From contig CAWDWL010000041.1 of the NCBI GenBank assembly GCA_963805995.1, positions 12,769-76,768 of the forward strand: 64,000 nucleotides of DNA. Reading direction: 5' to 3'. This stretch comes from an uncultured Pseudomonadota bacterium. GTDB taxonomy: Bacteria; Desulfobacterota; Binatia; Binatales; Binataceae. Position 1 is the first letter of the stretch. Every line of letters begins with the position of its first letter. Of this stretch, positions 60,247-64,000 are shown in pieces. Position numbers and translations under genes: made by a program. Under the pieces are notes generated by a model that saw only the letters and a program-made list of their open reading frames with translations, was not told the origin of the DNA and did not search any database.

Positions 60247-61554
60247 TTATATCGGCCGCCGGCCAATCGAATAGTAAGTGAAGTGCAACGCTTTCATCAG
60301 CCCGGGATCGTACAGGTTACGGCCGTCGAAGATCACCGGCTGCTTCAGATTTTCTTTGATGCGCTGAAAGTTGGGATGGCGGAATTCGTTCCACTCGGTG
60401 AGGATCAACAGGGCGTCGGCGCCCTTGAGCGCGTCGTAATTGGTCGCGTGATAGGTGATGCGGTCGCCAAACAGGCGCCGCGCGTTATCCAACGATTCGG
60501 GATCGTGAACTCGAATCTCCGCGCCGGCGGCCAGCAGCGCCTCAATCACGTTGATCGAGGGCGCCTCGCGCATGTCGTCGGTACGCGGCTTGAAAGCCAG
60601 TCCCCAGATGGCCAGCGTCCGGCCTTTCAAATCCTGGCCGAAGTAGCCCTTGACCCGATCGACCAGCAACAGTTTCTGCCGTTGGTTGACGTCTTCGGCG
60701 GCCTCGAGCAGGCGGAAATTGAGATTATAATCGCGGCCGGTCCGAATCAGTGCCTGCACGTCCTTGGGGAAGCAGGAGCCGCCGTAACCGATTCCCGGAA
60801 ACAGGAAATGCGACCCAATCCGCCGGTCCGAGCTGAGTCCGCGCCGGACGTGACTGATTTCCGCGCCCACCGCTTCGCACAAATTGGCGATCTCGTTGAT
60901 GAACGAGATGCGCAGGGCCAGCATCGAATTGCAGGCGTACTTGGACAACTCCGCGGAGCGCCGGTCCATCACCAGAATCGGATTGTCGGTGCGTACGAAG
61001 GCCGAATGCAGTTCCTGCAGGATCGCAGTGGCCTGCTCGCTGTGGCTGCCGATAATCACCCGGTCGGGCCGCGTGAAGTCCTCGATCGCGGAACCTTCCT
61101 TGAGAAACTCCGGCACCGAACAGACGTCGAAGCCGTCGCCGGCGTGACGCGCCATGATTTCTTCCACCTTATCGCCGGTACCCACCGGCACGGTGCTCTT
61201 GACCACCACGATATGATAGCCGCTAATCGTGCTGGCCACCGCTTCGGCGGCCTTGAACACCGCGCTCAGATCGGCGGCGCCCGAGGCGTCCATCGGCGTG
61301 CCCACGGTGATGAAGGTGATCATTGATTTCGCGACCGCGGGACCGACCTCGGTCTCGAACACCAGCCGCCCTTCCTTCATGTTGCGCCGCACCAGTTCCT
61401 CCAGGCCAGGCTCGTAAAAAGGCACCTGGCCGGCGCGCAGGCGCTCAATCCGCGCGCGATCGATGTCGACGCAAACCACCTCGTTGCCGCTCTCGGCAAA
61501 ACAGGTCCCCGTTACCAGGCCGACGTAACCCGTACCGATGATCGCGATATTCAT
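60247..61554 (-). CDS. ugd: UDP-glucose 6-dehydrogenase
   Basis: MNIAIIGTGYVGLVTG and GIGYGGSCFPKD (catalytic Cys) motifs. Confidence 0.92.
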   Translation of the reverse strand: MNIAIIGTGYVGLVTGTCFAESGNEVVCVDIDRARIERLRAGQVPFYEPGLEELVRRNMKEGRLVFETEVGPAVAKSMITFITVGTPMDASGAADLSAVFKAAEAVASTISGYHIVVVKSTVPVGTGDKVEEIMARHAGDGFDVCSVPEFLKEGSAIEDFTRPDRVIIGSHSEQATAILQELHSAFVRTDNPILVMDRRSAELSKYACNSMLALRISFINEIANLCEAVGAEISHVRRGLSSDRRIGSHFLFPGIGYGGSCFPKDVQALIRTGRDYNLNFRLLEAAEDVNQRQKLLLVDRVKGYFGQDLKGRTLAIWGLAFKPRTDDMREAPSINVIEALLAAGAEIRVHDPESLDNARRLFGDRITYHATNYDALKGADALLILTEWNEFRHPNFQRIKENLKQPVIFDGRNLYDPGLMKALHFTYYSIGRRPI

Positions 61555-61563
61555 TGGGCTTGT

Positions 61564-62502
61564 TCAGAATTCCTCTTTGACGATGTAGATCGGCTTGTTC
61601 TGGGATTCGTGATAGGTCCGCGCCAGCATCTCTCCCAGCAGCCCCAGGCTGACGAACTGCACTCCCACGACCACCAGCAACACCGCCAGCAGCAAGGCCG
61701 GCCGCGACGCCAGCCGGTACCCCAACACTATCTTTTCGAACACCAGCATGCTTGTCCAGATTCCCCCCAGCATCGCCAGCACCAGGCCGATAGTTCCAAA
61801 GGCCTGGATCGGCCGGGTCGAATAGCCCGACAAAAACAGCAAGGTGATCAAGTCCAGAAAGGTACGCAGGATGCGGCCCAGCCCATATTTGGATATACCG
61901 GTGCGCCGCGGACGAAAGTTCACGGCGACCTCGCCCACCTTGGCGCCCAGCTGCGCGGCAATCGCCGGTACGAAGCGATGCATCTCGCCATAGAGCTGCA
62001 GGCTGCGCGCCAAATCCCCGCGGTAGGCTTTGAGAGTGCAACCGTAATCATGCAAGGCGATTCCCGTCATCCGCGAAATCAGGGCATTGGCCACTAGCGA
62101 GGGGAGACGGCGGGTCAGCGGCGACCCCTTCCAGCGCTCGCGACGCCATCCGCTGACCAGGTCGTAGCCCTCGTCAAGCTTGGCCAGCAGGCGCGGAATG
62201 TCAGCCGGGTCGTTTTCGCCGTCGGCGTCCAGCGCCACCACCACGGCGCCCCGCGCATTGTGCAAGCCGCAGGTCAACGCCGCGGTCTGCCCGGTATTGC
62301 GCGCCAGGCGCAGAACCCGGCAGCAGGGGTCATCCGCGCGCAGCGCGCGCAACATCGCGGCACTGCCGTCAGTACTGCCGTCGTCGACGAAAATGATCTC
62401 GTAGGACAATCCCAGCGGTCGGAGCACGGTGACGAGATCTTGATGCAGCGGACGCAGGCTGTCTTGTTCGTTAAAGACCGGAATGACTATGGAGAGGTCC
62501 AT
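61564..62502 (-). CDS. GT2 polyprenyl-phosphate glycosyltransferase (ArnC/GtrB/DPM1-like)
   Basis: LSIVIPVFNE, IFVDDGSTDGS and LDADGEND motifs, plus two C-terminal transmembrane helices. Confidence 0.88.
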   Translation of the reverse strand: MDLSIVIPVFNEQDSLRPLHQDLVTVLRPLGLSYEIIFVDDGSTDGSAAMLRALRADDPCCRVLRLARNTGQTAALTCGLHNARGAVVVALDADGENDPADIPRLLAKLDEGYDLVSGWRRERWKGSPLTRRLPSLVANALISRMTGIALHDYGCTLKAYRGDLARSLQLYGEMHRFVPAIAAQLGAKVGEVAVNFRPRRTGISKYGLGRILRTFLDLITLLFLSGYSTRPIQAFGTIGLVLAMLGGIWTSMLVFEKIVLGYRLASRPALLLAVLLVVVGVQFVSLGLLGEMLARTYHESQNKPIYIVKEEF

Positions 62503-63410
62503 CTGGGATGATGCGAATCCGTCAGCTCCAGAAAGGCTCGGTAGCGGCCGTCAACGTCGTCCCAGGTCAGCTCTACAATCCGCTCCACCGAAAAGCGCTC
62601 CACCACGTATGACGCCAGCACGCTGCCGTAAACCACGCCGGTACGCCGGACCGCCTCGTTGAGGCGCCCGTTGCGCGCGATGTAACCCATGAAAGCGCCG
62701 GCGAAGGTGTCCCCCGCCCCGGTCGGATCGTGCACGTCCTCCAGCGGATAGGCGGGAATCGCGAAAAGACCGTCCTCGCTGAACTGCAGCACCCCGTACT
62801 CGCCGCGTTTGACCAGCGCCGTCTTGGGCCCCATTTTGAGGATTGCACGTCCGGCCTTGACCAGATTGTGCTCACCGGTCAGCATCCGCGCTTCCTCGTC
62901 ATTGAGCGTCAGGATATCGATCCGGCGCATCAGCTTGATCAACTCGGGACGCGCGTTTTCGATCCAGTGGTCCATGGTGTCGGCCGCCACTATCTTGGGG
63001 CTGTTCATCTGGTCCAGCACCCGGGTTTGCAGCTCGGGGGAGATGTTGGCCAAAAACAGGTAATCGGCATGCCGCTGGTCGGGCAACAGGTTGGGAGCGA
63101 AATCCGCAAAGACGTTAAGCGCCAAATTGATCGTATCGCGCTTATTCATGTCCTCATGGTAACGCCCATGCCAGCGGAAGGTGGCCCCTTCACGGCTCTC
63201 CAGCCCGCGCAAATCAATGTTGCGCTCGGTCAAGAGCTGGCGATCCTCGGGTCTGAAATCGGTGCCCACGGCGGCCACAATGCTGACCGGCGCGAAAAAC
63301 CTGGCCGCCAGCGAGAAGTACGACGCCGACCCGCCCAAGGCGTCGGCGACGCTGCCGTTTTGCGTTTCGATGGTATCGTAACCGATGCTGCCTACTACGA
63401 CGATGCTCAT
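62487..63410 (-). CDS. PfkB-family carbohydrate/nucleoside kinase
   Basis: The N-terminal GG motif region (ALGGSASY) and the C-terminal DPTGAGDTFAGAF signature. Confidence 0.85.
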   Translation of the reverse strand: MSIVVVGSIGYDTIETQNGSVADALGGSASYFSLAARFFAPVSIVAAVGTDFRPEDRQLLTERNIDLRGLESREGATFRWHGRYHEDMNKRDTINLALNVFADFAPNLLPDQRHADYLFLANISPELQTRVLDQMNSPKIVAADTMDHWIENARPELIKLMRRIDILTLNDEEARMLTGEHNLVKAGRAILKMGPKTALVKRGEYGVLQFSEDGLFAIPAYPLEDVHDPTGAGDTFAGAFMGYIARNGRLNEAVRRTGVVYGSVLASYVVERFSVERIVELTWDDVDGRYRAFLELTDSHHPRWTSP

Positions 63411-63455
63411 GAGGGTCGTCCGTAACCTTCTCCGCGCGCGCCGGGAATTTCCAGT

Positions 63456-64000
63456 TTACAAATATTTACCGAATAGCAGATGCAGGTCGCCGGCGATTTT
63501 GCGAGGAATCATCGCGCGGTCGGTGATGATCGCGTCCTTGAGCGCATGAGCGCAGGCGCATTTGCGCTCCGCTCCGGCCAGCATCGGAGCGAGCTTGGCC
63601 ACCGCTGCCTGCGCGCTCACGACATTTTCCTTCAGCACCTGCAGCACGGTGCCGATATCGACCTCGCGCTGTTCCTGATGCCAGCAGTCGTAATCCGTGA
63701 CCAGCGTCATCACCGCGTAACAGAGCTCCGCTTCCCGCGCCAGACGCGCCTCCTGCATCGCGGTCATGCTGATCACGTCAACCTTCCAGCTCCGGTACAG
63801 GTTGGACTCGGCGCGGGTCGAGAATTGGGGTCCCTCGATACACAGGTAAACGCCGCCGTTACGGATCCGCGCGCCCGCCGCCTGCCCCGCCGCGGTCAGC
63901 GCGGCACTCAGGTTCGGACACACCGGATCGGCCAGCGAGACGTGTCCGACGATGCCGTTGCCGAAGAAGCTTTGGGTCCGCTTGGAAGTGCGATCGATAA
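63456..64000 (-). CDS. mtnP: S-methyl-5'-thioadenosine phosphorylase (5' end outside the window)
   Basis: CIEGPQFSTRAES, ISMTAMQEARLAREAEL and VTDYDCW motifs. The frame stays open to the window edge. Confidence 0.85.
   Translation of the reverse strand, partial: IDRTSKRTQSFFGNGIVGHVSLADPVCPNLSAALTAAGQAAGARIRNGGVYLCIEGPQFSTRAESNLYRSWKVDVISMTAMQEARLAREAELCYAVMTLVTDYDCWHQEQREVDIGTVLQVLKENVVSAQAAVAKLAPMLAGAERKCACAHALKDAIITDRAMIPRKIAGDLHLLFGKYL

Noticed and set aside
60109-61326. 405-aa plus-strand ORF
   Set aside because: It lies antisense to ugd, which has a clear catalytic-Cys motif. Other antisense ORFs were rejected the same way: 57922..58947 (lepA), 46110..47132 and 45589..46563 (carB), 17971..18840 (esterase), 36629..37986 (rlpA/HExxH protein).

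Overview
High-GC bacterial chromosomal segment. The taxon cannot be assigned from sequence alone; the REP-like intergenic palindromes recall uncultured soil lineages. Most of the window is housekeeping or catabolic. It starts with a partial TolC-like gene, followed by a catabolic cluster at 1.2-6.6 kb (acyl-CoA dehydrogenase, Zn-ADH, DapA-like aldolase, amidohydrolase-2, FAH). Next come two fatty-acid desaturases, a divergent pair of RRM RNA-binding proteins, and a TCA/energy cluster (icd, mdh, sucCD, ndk). These are followed by an esterase, mazG, a vapBC module and a second catabolic cluster at 29.8-34 kb. Then come dgt, rlpA, a NUDIX gene and recG, and a complete pyr operon (pyrR-pyrB-pyrC-carA-carB) with a PyrR-type attenuator leader. 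The window ends with lepA-lepB and a nucleotide-sugar/GT2/PfkB/MTAP cluster. Three loci stand out. (1) pyrB is a single chain carrying the ATCase catalytic domains, only the zinc domain of PyrI, and a degenerate PyrR-like PRTase domain. (2) A 703-aa secreted protein has about ten 30-31-aa Trp/His-rich tandem repeats followed by 24-aa Q/A/R/E-rich repeats. (3) A 1417-aa secreted Cys-rich protein has G8/CEMIP-like beta-helix motifs. At least six conserved genes, including icd and pyrB, are interrupted by what look like single-base insertions; these are most likely assembly errors. Several families of REP-like palindromes populate the intergenic regions. No rRNA, tRNA, CRISPR array, transposase or integrase was found.
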